Below are positions 1 through 9,947 of a DNA stretch of 64,000 bases, in pieces (the stretch's first letter is position 1; each line of letters starts with the position of its first letter). This DNA is from Bacteroidales bacterium (GTDB taxonomy: Bacteria > Bacteroidota > Bacteroidia > Bacteroidales > UBA10428), in contig JAWOHT010000200.1 in assembly GCA_046485045.1 (NCBI GenBank), positions 40,213-104,212 of the forward strand, given 5' to 3'. Both the position numbers and the translations under genes were made by a program. Under the pieces are notes generated by a model. That model was not told the origin of the DNA, searched no databases, and was given only the letters and a program-made list of their open reading frames with translations.

Positions 1-178
1 CGCACCCTCTATCTCATTGGTTTTTTCTACAATTACCACCCTTATCCTTGTACTTAATTATATTGATAATTCCAATAAGTAGTCTTTGCAAGAAAACGCC
101 AAATACTGCGTAATGCCCGTTTTACATAAGCGACCTCTATTTTGTATGGCATTATCTTTTCTTTATACAAAAGATATT

Positions 179-2533
179 TCAATCAAAAATGTATTCATCG
201 GAAAAACCGGGCAGCTGTTTATAATTATCGTCTGTTTCACAGTCAATTACGTAATTTACATTCCCGGGGGGGTCGAATTTATCTTCTTGTGAAACACCCA
301 ACGAAGAGTCGAAATATACCTGTTTCATGAAATAAGCCCATATGGGCAGTGCAGCGCTTGATCCGGCGCCCTGGTAAGAGTTGAAATGGGCTGCCCTGTC
401 TTCACATCCTACCCATACACCCGAGACCAGCCGGGGGGTAATACCTATAAACCATCCATCTGAGAAATTCTGTGTAGTACCTGTTTTACCGGCTATCTCC
501 CCGGTAAACATAAAATCACCATATCTTATAGATGCGGCAGTGCCAAAACGCCTGTATCCCTCACCAAGGTTCTTTGAAGTAACCCCTTCCATCAGTTTCA
601 ACATAAGGTATGCAGTATTTTCATCAATAGCTTCGTTTTTTTCAGGGTGAAAAGTTGTAATGATGTTCCCGTTTTTATCTTCGATTCTGGTTACATAAAC
701 CGGGTCTGTATGTATCCCTTTGTTGGCAAAAGTGGCATATGATGATACCATCTCCTCGACCGACATGTCGGATGTGCCGTAGATCATTGAATAAACAGGG
801 TCTATATAACTTCCGATACCCATTTTGTGGGCCACATCTACAATGGGTTGTGGTTTGAACCGTTTAACCAGCCAGGCCGAGATATTATTTTCCGACCGGC
901 CCAGGCCCCACCTCAGTGTACGCTCTTTGCCAAGGTCTTCCGGATCGCTCATCGAACGCGGTTCCCAGACGACCGAGTCCATAATGTCGAATTTTACCGA
1001 AACATTCGGCACCTTATAACAGGGAGAATAACCCTCTTGTATGGCAAGAATGTAAAGAAATGGCTTAAACGTTGAACCGGCCTGCCTTTTCCCCTGGGTT
1101 ACCTGGTCATATTTGAAATACCTGAAATCAATACCCCCGACATATGCCTTTACATAACCGGTTACAGGGTCCATAGACATAAACCCCGAACGAAGAAAAT
1201 GTTTGTAATAAAGAATCGAATCATATGGTGACATTACAGTATCAATGTCGCCTTTGTATGAAAAAACGGTCATGGGTACCGGCTTTTTAAAAATCTTGTA
1301 GATGGTATCGTATGAATACCCCTGTTTTCTTAGGCTTTTGCCATGTTCTGAGTTAAGAATAGCCCTTCTCATAATTTCATTTATTTCGGGGCGTGTAAGA
1401 TCATTCGAAAACGGGGCATAGGATTTGCCCTTTTTCTCCCGGAAAAAAGCTGGCTGAAGATATTCGCCGAGATGTTTATTTACAGCCTTTTCAGCATAAT
1501 CCTGCATTTTAGAATTTATAGTAGTATAAATCTTAAGCCCATCTCTCAGTAGGTCGTATGTATCGCCATTGGGTTTACTGTTTTTATTGCACCAGCCGTA
1601 TAAAGGGTTATTGGCCCATAGCGCCGAGTCTCTTTTATAAACATCATAACTATAATAGGCCTTCCGGTTTGGGATATTCTTTGTCATCGTTAACCTCAGG
1701 AATTCCCTGAAATATGTTGCCAATCCGTAATTGTGGCTTATTCTCTGAAAATCGAGTTCGAGGGGCATGCTTCTTAATGAATCATAAACCTCCCTGTTAA
1801 TGTACCCGTAATTTACCATTTGCCCTAAAACCGTATTTCTCCTTGTCAGCGACCTTTCGTAGTGCAATTTCGGGTTATACAAACTGGGGTTTTTTGCCAT
1901 GCCAACTATTACAGCGCCCTGCTCAATTTTGAGCGAATCGGGCGAAGTATTGAAATAAACATTTGCCGCTGAATTAATGCCAACAGCATTGTACAGAAAA
2001 TCTATCTGGTTGAAATACATGGTAATCAGCTCTTCTTTGGTATAGGCTCTTTCAAGCCTTACCGCTATTATGTATTCTTTGATTTTTTGACTTAACCGTT
2101 CAACCAATGTCTTAGAGGTGTTGTGAAACAATAATTTTGCAAACTGCTGGGTAATGGTGCTGCCACCGCCCCTTCTGCCTAATAAGAGAAAAGCACGCAG
2201 GGTGCCTTTTAAGTCAATGCCCGAATGTTTATAAAAACGATAATCTTCTGTGGCAATAAGCGCGTCAATAAGATTTTGAGATAGTTTTTCATACGCTACA
2301 TAGGTGCGGTTTCTGTTTTGATAATAAAAACTACCGAGTATCTTACCGTCTTCAGAAATAATCTGGGTTGCAAGGTCAATTTTCGGGTTTTCCAGCTCTG
2401 CAAAATCGGGCATATATCCCATAACCCCGTTTGCGGCAATAATAAAAATAATAATGAGCGAGAAAAACGGAGTAATGAACACCCCCCAGAATATTAAATT
2501 GAACTTTCTTTTATTTCGAATGTTTAGGTTCAT
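179..2533 (-). CDS. mrcA: Bifunctional class A penicillin-binding protein (PBP1A: glycosyltransferase + transpeptidase)
   Basis: 784-aa ORF with an ATG start. It has an N-terminal TM anchor (FNLIFWGVFITPFFSLIIIFIIAA). GT51 motifs EDYRFYKHSGID and GGSTITQQFAKLLF are present. Transpeptidase SxxK (STFKP) and KTG (KTGTT) motifs are present. Confidence 0.9.
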   Translation of the reverse strand: MNLNIRNKRKFNLIFWGVFITPFFSLIIIFIIAANGVMGYMPDFAELENPKIDLATQIISEDGKILGSFYYQNRNRTYVAYEKLSQNLIDALIATEDYRFYKHSGIDLKGTLRAFLLLGRRGGGSTITQQFAKLLFHNTSKTLVERLSQKIKEYIIAVRLERAYTKEELITMYFNQIDFLYNAVGINSAANVYFNTSPDSLKIEQGAVIVGMAKNPSLYNPKLHYERSLTRRNTVLGQMVNYGYINREVYDSLRSMPLELDFQRISHNYGLATYFREFLRLTMTKNIPNRKAYYSYDVYKRDSALWANNPLYGWCNKNSKPNGDTYDLLRDGLKIYTTINSKMQDYAEKAVNKHLGEYLQPAFFREKKGKSYAPFSNDLTRPEINEIMRRAILNSEHGKSLRKQGYSYDTIYKIFKKPVPMTVFSYKGDIDTVMSPYDSILYYKHFLRSGFMSMDPVTGYVKAYVGGIDFRYFKYDQVTQGKRQAGSTFKPFLYILAIQEGYSPCYKVPNVSVKFDIMDSVVWEPRSMSDPEDLGKERTLRWGLGRSENNISAWLVKRFKPQPIVDVAHKMGIGSYIDPVYSMIYGTSDMSVEEMVSSYATFANKGIHTDPVYVTRIEDKNGNIITTFHPEKNEAIDENTAYLMLKLMEGVTSKNLGEGYRRFGTAASIRYGDFMFTGEIAGKTGTTQNFSDGWFIGITPRLVSGVWVGCEDRAAHFNSYQGAGSSAALPIWAYFMKQVYFDSSLGVSQEDKFDPPGNVNYVIDCETDDNYKQLPGFSDEYIFD

Positions 2534-2768
2534 TTGATTATTTTTAAAATGGTATTGTCATTTACGATAATATCATTGTAACTTCATGCAGGATGATTTA
2601 AAAGCTTAGAACAATCGGGTTTATAATATATAGAAACCGGAAGTGTTTTGGTCATGTTTTAAAATTAATTTCGTTGTTTGACGTAAAAGTAATAATTATT
2701 TTCTATTAAAATTTTGTAGTTCGATTTGTATTTACTTTACTTTGTGAATCTATTAAAAAGTTATTATA

Positions 2769-5102
2769 ATGATAAATAACCTTATTATTGTCGAGTCGCC
2801 TGCAAAAGCAAAGACAATCGAAAAGTTTCTTGGCAAAGATTATCATGTAAGTTCAAGTATGGGGCATATTCGTGATCTTGAGAAAAAAGATTTCGGAATT
2901 GACATAAAAAACAATTTTAAGCCCAGGTATATTGTGCCTGATGATAAAAAAAAGATCGTATCTGAATTAAAAAAACTGGTTGGAGAATCAAAAACGGTTT
3001 GGCTTGCATCTGATGAAGACCGCGAAGGTGAGGCCATTGCATGGCACCTTTCCGAAGTGTTAAAACTCGATTCAGTAAATACAAGGAGGATTGTTTTCCA
3101 TGAGATTACCAAAGAAGCCATCCTTGATGCCATTAAGAATTACCGTACGATAGACCATAACCTGGTTGATGCACAGCAGGCACGCAGGATACTCGACAGG
3201 ATTGTAGGGTTTGAGATTTCGCCGATTCTCTGGCGAAAAATAAAACCATCGTTGTCGGCAGGTCGCGTGCAATCGGTTGCTGTGCGGCTTATAGTTGAAA
3301 GAGAAAGAGAAATCAACAATTTTGTTTCCACTTCATCTTTTAAAATTACCGGGCGGTTTATTGTAAAAGATAAAAATGGCAGGGTATCGGAGCTTGATGC
3401 AGAACTCTCGAAAAAATTCACTGCCAAAGAAGAGGCTCTGGAATTTTTGAACAGATGTGCAAAAGCAAACTTTACAATAAAAGATATTTCTACCAAACCT
3501 TCAAAAAAATCACCTTCACCGCCTTTTACAACCTCAACGCTTCAGCAGGAAGCGAGCCGTAAACTCGGTTATTCGGTTTCACAAACCATGATGATTGCCC
3601 AGAAACTCTATGAATCTGGTAAAATTACCTATATGAGGACCGACTCTGTCAACCTGTCGAATTTGGCGCTTAATTCGGCCAGTAAAATCATTACCTCTGA
3701 ATTCGGCCCCGAATACCTTAACATAAAAACATTCAAGACCAAAACCAAGGGTGCACAGGAGGCTCACGAGGCAATCAGGCCGACCTATCTTGATCAAGAC
3801 ACCATTCAGGGTAACAATTCAGAGAAAAAACTATATGAATTAATCTGGAAACGCACCATTGCATCACAAATGAGCGATGCCCAGCTTGAAAAAACCATAG
3901 TCACTATTGATGTTTCGGGTTCTGAAGAAAAATTTATTGCCAGCGGCGAAGTGCTGAAGTTTGATGGTTTTCTCAAAGTATATTTCGAATCAACCGATGA
4001 CGAACAGGAAGATGAAAAACATGGATTGATCCCCCCGCTTAATATCGGCGAATCGCTTCAGTATAAAACCATTGATGCTGTAGAACGCTTTACCCATTAT
4101 CCCCCGCGATATACCGAAGCAAGCCTGGTGCGCAAACTTGAAGAACTTGGAATCGGGCGGCCTTCTACTTATGCTCCCACCATTTCTACCATTCAGAACC
4201 GCGGGTATGTCCTTAAAACCGATAAAGCCGGTAAACCGAGAGATTATATTGTTTTAAACCTTTTGGGAGGTAAAATCTCTGAAAATAAAAAAACAGAGCT
4301 TTATGGTACCGAAAAAGCCAAATTGTTCCCCGACAATATCGGCATGATTGTGAATGATTTTCTTGTAGAGTATTTCAGCGAGATACTCGATTATAACTTC
4401 ACGGCCAATGTTGAAAAGGAGTTTGATGAGATTGCCGCGGGCAATCGCAACTGGTCAGAAATGATTGGTAAGTTTTATAATAAATTTCATCCCACAGTTG
4501 AAAAAACGCTTAGTAAGTCGGAACCCAACAAAGGAGAAAGGGTACTGGGAAAAGACCCTGCAACCGGCAAACCGGTAATTGTTAAAATGGGCAGGTATGG
4601 TGCTGTAGCGCAAATCGGCGAAAACGCCACCGGTGAAAATTCCCAAAAACCTCAATTTGCCAGCCTGCGTAAAGGCCAAAACCTCGAATCTATTACCTTT
4701 GAAGAGGTAATGGAGCTTTTCAGGCTTCCAAGGTCGCTCGGATTGTTTGAAGAAAACGAAATGGTTGTGGGAATAGGGAAATTCGGGCCGTATGTGCGGC
4801 ACAATTCGGCATTTTATTCTTTAAAGAGAGGGGTTGATGATCCTTACGTCATTGATGCTGCAAGGGCCATAGAGCTTATTCAGGAAAAAAGGGAAATGGA
4901 AAAAAACAAAGTCATCAAAGAGTTTAAGGAAGAACCCGGCCTCAAGGTTTTAAACGGAAGATGGGGGCCGTATATCAGTTTTAATAAAGAAAACTATAAA
5001 ATTCCAAAAAATACCGACCCGGCAGCATTGAAACTTGAAGATTGCATGAATATTATTAAAGAGTCGCCTGACAAAAAGAAGCCGAAAAAAAGTAACCGTT
5101 AA
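2769..5102 (+). CDS. topA: DNA topoisomerase I
   Basis: 777-aa ORF. It has a Toprim N-terminus (LIIVESPAKAKTIEKFLG), an acidic DEDREGE motif, a catalytic-tyrosine region (ITYMRTDS) and a Lys-rich C-terminal tail. Confidence 0.95.
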   Translation: MINNLIIVESPAKAKTIEKFLGKDYHVSSSMGHIRDLEKKDFGIDIKNNFKPRYIVPDDKKKIVSELKKLVGESKTVWLASDEDREGEAIAWHLSEVLKLDSVNTRRIVFHEITKEAILDAIKNYRTIDHNLVDAQQARRILDRIVGFEISPILWRKIKPSLSAGRVQSVAVRLIVEREREINNFVSTSSFKITGRFIVKDKNGRVSELDAELSKKFTAKEEALEFLNRCAKANFTIKDISTKPSKKSPSPPFTTSTLQQEASRKLGYSVSQTMMIAQKLYESGKITYMRTDSVNLSNLALNSASKIITSEFGPEYLNIKTFKTKTKGAQEAHEAIRPTYLDQDTIQGNNSEKKLYELIWKRTIASQMSDAQLEKTIVTIDVSGSEEKFIASGEVLKFDGFLKVYFESTDDEQEDEKHGLIPPLNIGESLQYKTIDAVERFTHYPPRYTEASLVRKLEELGIGRPSTYAPTISTIQNRGYVLKTDKAGKPRDYIVLNLLGGKISENKKTELYGTEKAKLFPDNIGMIVNDFLVEYFSEILDYNFTANVEKEFDEIAAGNRNWSEMIGKFYNKFHPTVEKTLSKSEPNKGERVLGKDPATGKPVIVKMGRYGAVAQIGENATGENSQKPQFASLRKGQNLESITFEEVMELFRLPRSLGLFEENEMVVGIGKFGPYVRHNSAFYSLKRGVDDPYVIDAARAIELIQEKREMEKNKVIKEFKEEPGLKVLNGRWGPYISFNKENYKIPKNTDPAALKLEDCMNIIKESPDKKKPKKSNR

Positions 5103-6253
5103 TGCCAATGGACCTGAACGATTATTTTGATCCGGTTGACCTCGTAAAACCCGATGATATTTTTATCAATAACCCATCACTCTTTGGTAAAAACATAAGG
5201 ATCAATACCCCGAGTGCCCCAATTGATGAAATCAGCAATTATAGCATTGCCATTATCGGAGTGCCTGAAGACCGTGCTTCGCACAACCGTGGAGCATCGC
5301 TCGCACCCGACATTATCAGGGGCAAACTTTACCAGCTCTTTAAATTACATGAAAAAGTAAATATTATTGACCTTGGCAACCTTAAAACCGGTAATACCTT
5401 CAACGATACATATATCGGGTTGCAGGATGTGCTCCTTGAGTTGTATAATAATAATGTTACTATAGTGCTTATCGGGGGTACACAAGATCTTACCCTGTCG
5501 TGTTTTAAAGCTTTGGAACAGGTGAAAAAAAGCATTAACCTTCTTACTGTTGATGCCACGGTTGATCTAAATGATTCCCCCTCGGCGTCAGACAATTATC
5601 TTTCGATGATAATTGATAGTCCCCGGCTTTTCAGGTATACAAATATTGGGCATCAGCAGTATTTAACCGATACTGCAAGGCTGGATGAAGCCGAGGCCCG
5701 GTTGTTCGATTTTGTCAGGCTGGGAACCCTGAAGGAAAAGCTTTTTCTTGTCGAACCCTATACAAGAGACTGTGACCTGATAAGTTTTGACATAGGCGCC
5801 GTGAAACAGGGTGATGCCCCAGGCCGGACCGGAGCGTCGCCAAATGGTTTCTTCGCTGATGAAGCCTGTCAGGTTGCCAGGTATGCAGGCATGAGCGACC
5901 ATAATTCCTGTTTCGGGATATACGAAGTCAACCCAAGGTACGACTTAAACAACATGACTGTTCATCTTGCCGCACAGATGATCTGGTATTTTCTTGAGGG
6001 GTTTTCAATGAGAAACCAGGAATATCCATCTGCAGAAAGTAAAGATTTTAAGTCCTTTATTGTCAGCCATAATGATATGGAACATGACATTTCTTTTTAT
6101 AAAAGCCTGAAAACTGAACGATGGTGGATGGAAGTACCTGTTGTAAGTACGGGCAGAAAAATCATGGCCGCGTGTTCTGTTGATGATTATAAACAGGCAT
6201 GCAACCACGATATTCCCGATATGTGGTGGAAGACTTTCAGAAAAATTAACTGA
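5102..6253 (+). CDS. Arginase/agmatinase/formimidoylglutamase-fold protein with degenerate metal-ligand motifs (probable pseudoenzyme or diverged activity)
   Basis: 383-aa ORF whose ATG overlaps the topA stop (TAATG). The ureohydrolase scaffold is recognisable: GVPEDRASHNRGASLAPDIIR, then IGGTQDLT in place of GGxH, LLTVDATVD in place of DAHxD, and SFDIGAVKQGDAPG in place of SxDxDxxxPxxxPG. About 85 extra C-terminal residues follow. Confidence 0.7.
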   Translation: MPMDLNDYFDPVDLVKPDDIFINNPSLFGKNIRINTPSAPIDEISNYSIAIIGVPEDRASHNRGASLAPDIIRGKLYQLFKLHEKVNIIDLGNLKTGNTFNDTYIGLQDVLLELYNNNVTIVLIGGTQDLTLSCFKALEQVKKSINLLTVDATVDLNDSPSASDNYLSMIIDSPRLFRYTNIGHQQYLTDTARLDEAEARLFDFVRLGTLKEKLFLVEPYTRDCDLISFDIGAVKQGDAPGRTGASPNGFFADEACQVARYAGMSDHNSCFGIYEVNPRYDLNNMTVHLAAQMIWYFLEGFSMRNQEYPSAESKDFKSFIVSHNDMEHDISFYKSLKTERWWMEVPVVSTGRKIMAACSVDDYKQACNHDIPDMWWKTFRKIN

Positions 6254-6565
6254 CCCTTAAGCATACCTCTTATCAACAGGTTTTATTTTTACTATCAATA
6301 ATATAAGGAGTGTAATTTAATATATATGCCAGCATACAGAATGATGAAAGTCAGTTTTTTGGAGGTTAAAAGAAAAAAAATGATGACCAAAGGGCAACTT
6401 TCTTTGATGAATTCAGTATAAAACTATGATTATCCGGTATTTTTTTATTAACATTAACTTGTTAATTTTATTTGTGCGGATACAATATTTTTACTTATTT
6501 TACTTTTTATATATGGTAAAGAGATTCAAGAATGCCTGTGATAAAAATAGTAGTGAAGTAAAAAT

Positions 6566-7540
6566 ATGCAAAAGGCAATAATATTATTAGTTATTCTTTT
6601 TTGTTTTTTAGTAATGAATTTAAACGCTCAACAAGAATATCAGGTGAGTCAGTTTATGTACGATCATATATCTGTTAACCCCGGGGCATCGGGTAGTCAG
6701 GACATGGCAAGTGTCAACGGGATAATAAGACGGCAGTGGACAGGTATTGAAGGTGCGCCTCAAAATATTATCATTCATGCAACTGCGCCTTTCAGAATGT
6801 TGAAAAAAGACCACGGTTTTGGAATTACTTTTGTTAACGATAAACTGGGCATAAATCAGGACAATATTTTAGGGCTGTCTTATGCTTACAGGGCAGATGT
6901 TGGCGATGGTAAATTAGGCATTGGTGCAGGGTTGCATATTAATTTCCGCCAGTTCGACAATACCAGCTGGTATCTTCCCACCGGCAATGATTTTACCCCA
7001 GCCGATCAGGACTTTTCCATACCAAAAAGCCTTGAACAGGCAAATGCTTTCGACTTAAGCTTTGGGCTGTTCTATAAGACCGAGAATGTTTACTTCGGCC
7101 TCTCTGCAACCCATATAAACCAAAACAGTTATAAGTTCGTGAATGAAAACACAACAGGTGATTCTGAATTGCACAATAAAATATACAGACATTATTATAT
7201 TACATCTGGTTATACCATGCAGCTTGCAAACCCATCTTTTGAATTAACTCCTTCGTTTCTAATACAATCCGACGGAAAAATTCATAAAATTGATATAAAT
7301 ACCATACTTACATACAATAAAAAATTCTGGGGCGGCGTTTCATTCAGACCGGGAGGAGCGCTGATCGGAATGATCGGATTTGAAATCCTTAATGGCGCTA
7401 AAATTGGTTTTGCGTATGATTTTCCGGTAACAGCTATAACAAATTACTATGATACATCGTATGAAGTGTTATTGAATTACAGTTTTAAAATCGGGGTTGA
7501 TAAAACTCCACAAAAATATAAGAGTATTAGGTTTTTGTAA
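6566..7540 (+). CDS. porP: Type IX secretion system membrane protein PorP/SprF family
   Basis: 324-aa ORF with a signal peptide ending NLNAQQ. The family N-terminal signature is present: QFMYDHISVNPGASG...RRQWTGIEGAPQN. It has beta-barrel-like alternating strands and sits directly upstream of gldK/L/M/N, as in the Porphyromonas porPKLMN operon. Confidence 0.85.
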   Translation: MQKAIILLVILFCFLVMNLNAQQEYQVSQFMYDHISVNPGASGSQDMASVNGIIRRQWTGIEGAPQNIIIHATAPFRMLKKDHGFGITFVNDKLGINQDNILGLSYAYRADVGDGKLGIGAGLHINFRQFDNTSWYLPTGNDFTPADQDFSIPKSLEQANAFDLSFGLFYKTENVYFGLSATHINQNSYKFVNENTTGDSELHNKIYRHYYITSGYTMQLANPSFELTPSFLIQSDGKIHKIDINTILTYNKKFWGGVSFRPGGALIGMIGFEILNGAKIGFAYDFPVTAITNYYDTSYEVLLNYSFKIGVDKTPQKYKSIRFL

Positions 7541-7606
7541 AAATTTAATTAATTTTATAATAAAAACTGAACAAAAAAAATTAGTATCAGATAAAAACCT
7601 TTGGCT

Positions 7607-8938
7607 ATGAAAAAGATTATTTCTTTCGGTTTTATTTTAGCAGTATTAATAATTAGTAGTTGTTCCAACTACAAAAGCGGTGAATTAACCGGAGTTCCCG
7701 GAAGATCCAAGTTCTTCGAACCCGACCCTTTTGGTATGGTCTTTATTCCGCAAGGCAGTTTCACACAAGGCAATAACGATCAGGATGTTGCCTGGGCACA
7801 ATCCACTTTTTCAAAGACTGTTACAGTTGATCCGTTCTGGATGGATGAAACAGAAATTACCAACAATGAATACCGACAATTTGTTTTTTGGGTGCGCGAC
7901 TCAATTATGAGAAGAATGCTTGGTGAACAACTCGACGATTTTGTTATTGCTGAAGATGCTTTAGGCAATCCGATTGAACCTCCTGCAATTAACTGGGATG
8001 TAAGGATAGATGCCAGGGATGAAGAGATCAATGAAATTCTCAGTGACCTTTACCTTGCTGATAATGAAAGGTTTTACAGCCAGAGAGAGATTGATACAAG
8101 AAAACTTATGTATGAATATTTCTGGATTGATTTAAAGCAGGCAGCATCAAAATCAAACAGGTACAATTTTGAAACCAAACAATACGAAGGTTTTATTATC
8201 AACAATCAGGGTGAAAAGATTGAGATTAAAGACCGTTCATCCTTTGTTATAAGAGATGTGATCAATATTTATCCTGATACTTTATGCTGGATTGCCGATT
8301 TTACTTATTCATTCAATGAGCCATACACTACTATGTATTTCTGGCATCCGTCATACGACAATTATCCGGTCGTTGGCGTAAACTGGAGCCAGGCCAGGGC
8401 ATTTTGTATCTGGCGCACACAGATGCTGAATTCAATTCTTCGCAGCAACGGTCAGCCTGGCGTACACGATTATCGTCTTCCTATAGAAACAGAATGGGAA
8501 TATGCTGCACGTGGCGGCCTGGAACATTCAATGTACCCCTGGGGTGGTTACTATACCCGAAACAAAGAAGGTTGTTTTCTTGCCAACTTTAAGCCATTAC
8601 GCGGTAATTATGCCGACGATGGCGGCGTGGTTTCTATTGCAGTCGGCCAATATCAGCCGAACGAATACGGACTTTATGACATGTCAGGCAACGTAGCAGA
8701 ATGGACATCAAGCGCTTTTGATGAATCAGCCTATATATTTTCCCACGACCTTAATCCCGATTACCGTTACAATGCAAGGCCAGACGACCAGCCTGTAATG
8801 AAAAGAAAGGTTATCAGGGGCGGATCATGGAAAGATATCGGATATTTTATGCAAAACGGAACAAGAAGCTATGAATATCAGGATACATCAAAATCTTATA
8901 TCGGTTTCAGGTGTGTAAGGTCATACCTGGGAACTTAA
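7607..8938 (+). CDS. gldK: T9SS ring lipoprotein GldK/PorK (FGE-sulfatase fold)
   Basis: Lipoprotein signal MKKIISFGFILAVLIISSC. FGE/SUMF-type motifs are present: RLPIETEWEYAARGG, YGLYDMSGNVAEW, RGGSW. It occupies the first position of the gldKLMN block. The ORF-track start at 7601 is a TTG; the ATG at 7607 is preferred. Confidence 0.9.
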   Translation: MKKIISFGFILAVLIISSCSNYKSGELTGVPGRSKFFEPDPFGMVFIPQGSFTQGNNDQDVAWAQSTFSKTVTVDPFWMDETEITNNEYRQFVFWVRDSIMRRMLGEQLDDFVIAEDALGNPIEPPAINWDVRIDARDEEINEILSDLYLADNERFYSQREIDTRKLMYEYFWIDLKQAASKSNRYNFETKQYEGFIINNQGEKIEIKDRSSFVIRDVINIYPDTLCWIADFTYSFNEPYTTMYFWHPSYDNYPVVGVNWSQARAFCIWRTQMLNSILRSNGQPGVHDYRLPIETEWEYAARGGLEHSMYPWGGYYTRNKEGCFLANFKPLRGNYADDGGVVSIAVGQYQPNEYGLYDMSGNVAEWTSSAFDESAYIFSHDLNPDYRYNARPDDQPVMKRKVIRGGSWKDIGYFMQNGTRSYEYQDTSKSYIGFRCVRSYLGT

Positions 8939-8986
8939 TATATTTTTCTATTTAATTGACGTTAAATTTCAAATAATCTAAACTCT

Positions 8987-9919
8987 ATGGCAAGCATAAC
9001 GGATATTGTTCAAAGTTCAGGCTGGAAAAATTTTATGGCCAAATTATATGGTTTGGGAGCTTCGGTGGTTATTATTGGCGCATTGTTTAAAATTCAGCAC
9101 TGGAGTGGTGCAGGATTAATGCTTACTATTGGTCTTTTAACCGAAGCGGTTATTTTCTTTTTCTCTGCTTTTGAACCCTTACACGAAGAACTGGATTGGA
9201 CACTTGTGTATCCAGAACTAGCCGGAATGAGTGATCCTGATGATATTGAACATTTTAAGGATAATAGGTTGAGTGAAGGGAGGCCCCTTGAAAAAATTGA
9301 AACCCTGCTGGGAGACGTCGAAATTAGTGAAGAATCAATCTCCAAGCTTGGCGTTGGCCTTACAAAATTAAGCAAAGCTGCCGGCGATATTGCAGATCTG
9401 GCAATGGCCACCGCTGCCACTCAGGAATTTATTGGCAACTTGCAGGGAGCTACCAGTTCAATTGCCGGCATAAATCAGGTATACACTTCTTCTACAGATT
9501 CAATTAAACAATCTGCCTCTGCATTGGCCAATTCTTATTTACAATCTGCTGATATTATCTCAAAATCAGGCAATGATGTGGCATCAACCTATTCTCAGAT
9601 TGCTGAAACCATTAAAAATGAACAGAGTAATATTGCAAAGGGAGGTAAAACCTATGAAGAACAGGTTACTTCACTTAATAAAAGCCTCACAGAACTGAAT
9701 GCTATTTATGAACTACAGGTTAAAGACGGCAAAACCCACCTTGATGGATCGCAGCAGGTTTACAGCGGACTGGGTGATATGATTAAAAAACTGAAAGAAT
9801 CTGTTGATGAAACCAATAAATATAAAGAAGAGATCGTAAAACTCAGAGATAGTTTATCGTCGCTTAATAATATTTACGGTAATATGCTTTCAGCAATGAA
9901 TGTAATGACCGGAAAATAA
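8987..9919 (+). CDS. gldL: T9SS/gliding motor protein GldL/PorL
   Basis: 310-aa ORF. Two N-terminal TM helices carry the conserved pattern KLYGLGASVVIIGALFKIQHW...GLLTEAVIFFFSAFEP. A long coiled-coil-like cytoplasmic tail follows. It lies between gldK and gldM. Confidence 0.9.
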   Translation: MASITDIVQSSGWKNFMAKLYGLGASVVIIGALFKIQHWSGAGLMLTIGLLTEAVIFFFSAFEPLHEELDWTLVYPELAGMSDPDDIEHFKDNRLSEGRPLEKIETLLGDVEISEESISKLGVGLTKLSKAAGDIADLAMATAATQEFIGNLQGATSSIAGINQVYTSSTDSIKQSASALANSYLQSADIISKSGNDVASTYSQIAETIKNEQSNIAKGGKTYEEQVTSLNKSLTELNAIYELQVKDGKTHLDGSQQVYSGLGDMIKKLKESVDETNKYKEEIVKLRDSLSSLNNIYGNMLSAMNVMTGK

Positions 9920-9947
9920 CTATTAACGTTAAACTTGCAAAACAAAG

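Noticed and set aside
1-178. Possible partial genes at the 5' edge. Plus-strand frame 1 is open to a TAA at 55-57. A minus-strand frame is open from about position 39 to the edge.
   Set aside because: Both are too short, with no start codon or motif evidence. I cannot tell which, if either, is real.
6326-6421. A 31-codon small ORF with an AAGGAG-like sequence 16 nt upstream, in the 312-bp gap before porP.
   Set aside because: It has no conservation evidence and a Lys/Met-rich composition. Shine-Dalgarno pairing is not generally used in Bacteroidota. It is likely chance in AT-rich intergenic DNA.
7607-8938. An FGE/SUMF1 sulfatase-maturase-like domain, suggesting a formylglycine-generating enzyme.
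   Set aside because: The lipoprotein signal and the position at the head of gldL-gldM-gldN identify it as GldK/PorK. That protein uses the FGE fold structurally. No sulfatase gene is adjacent.
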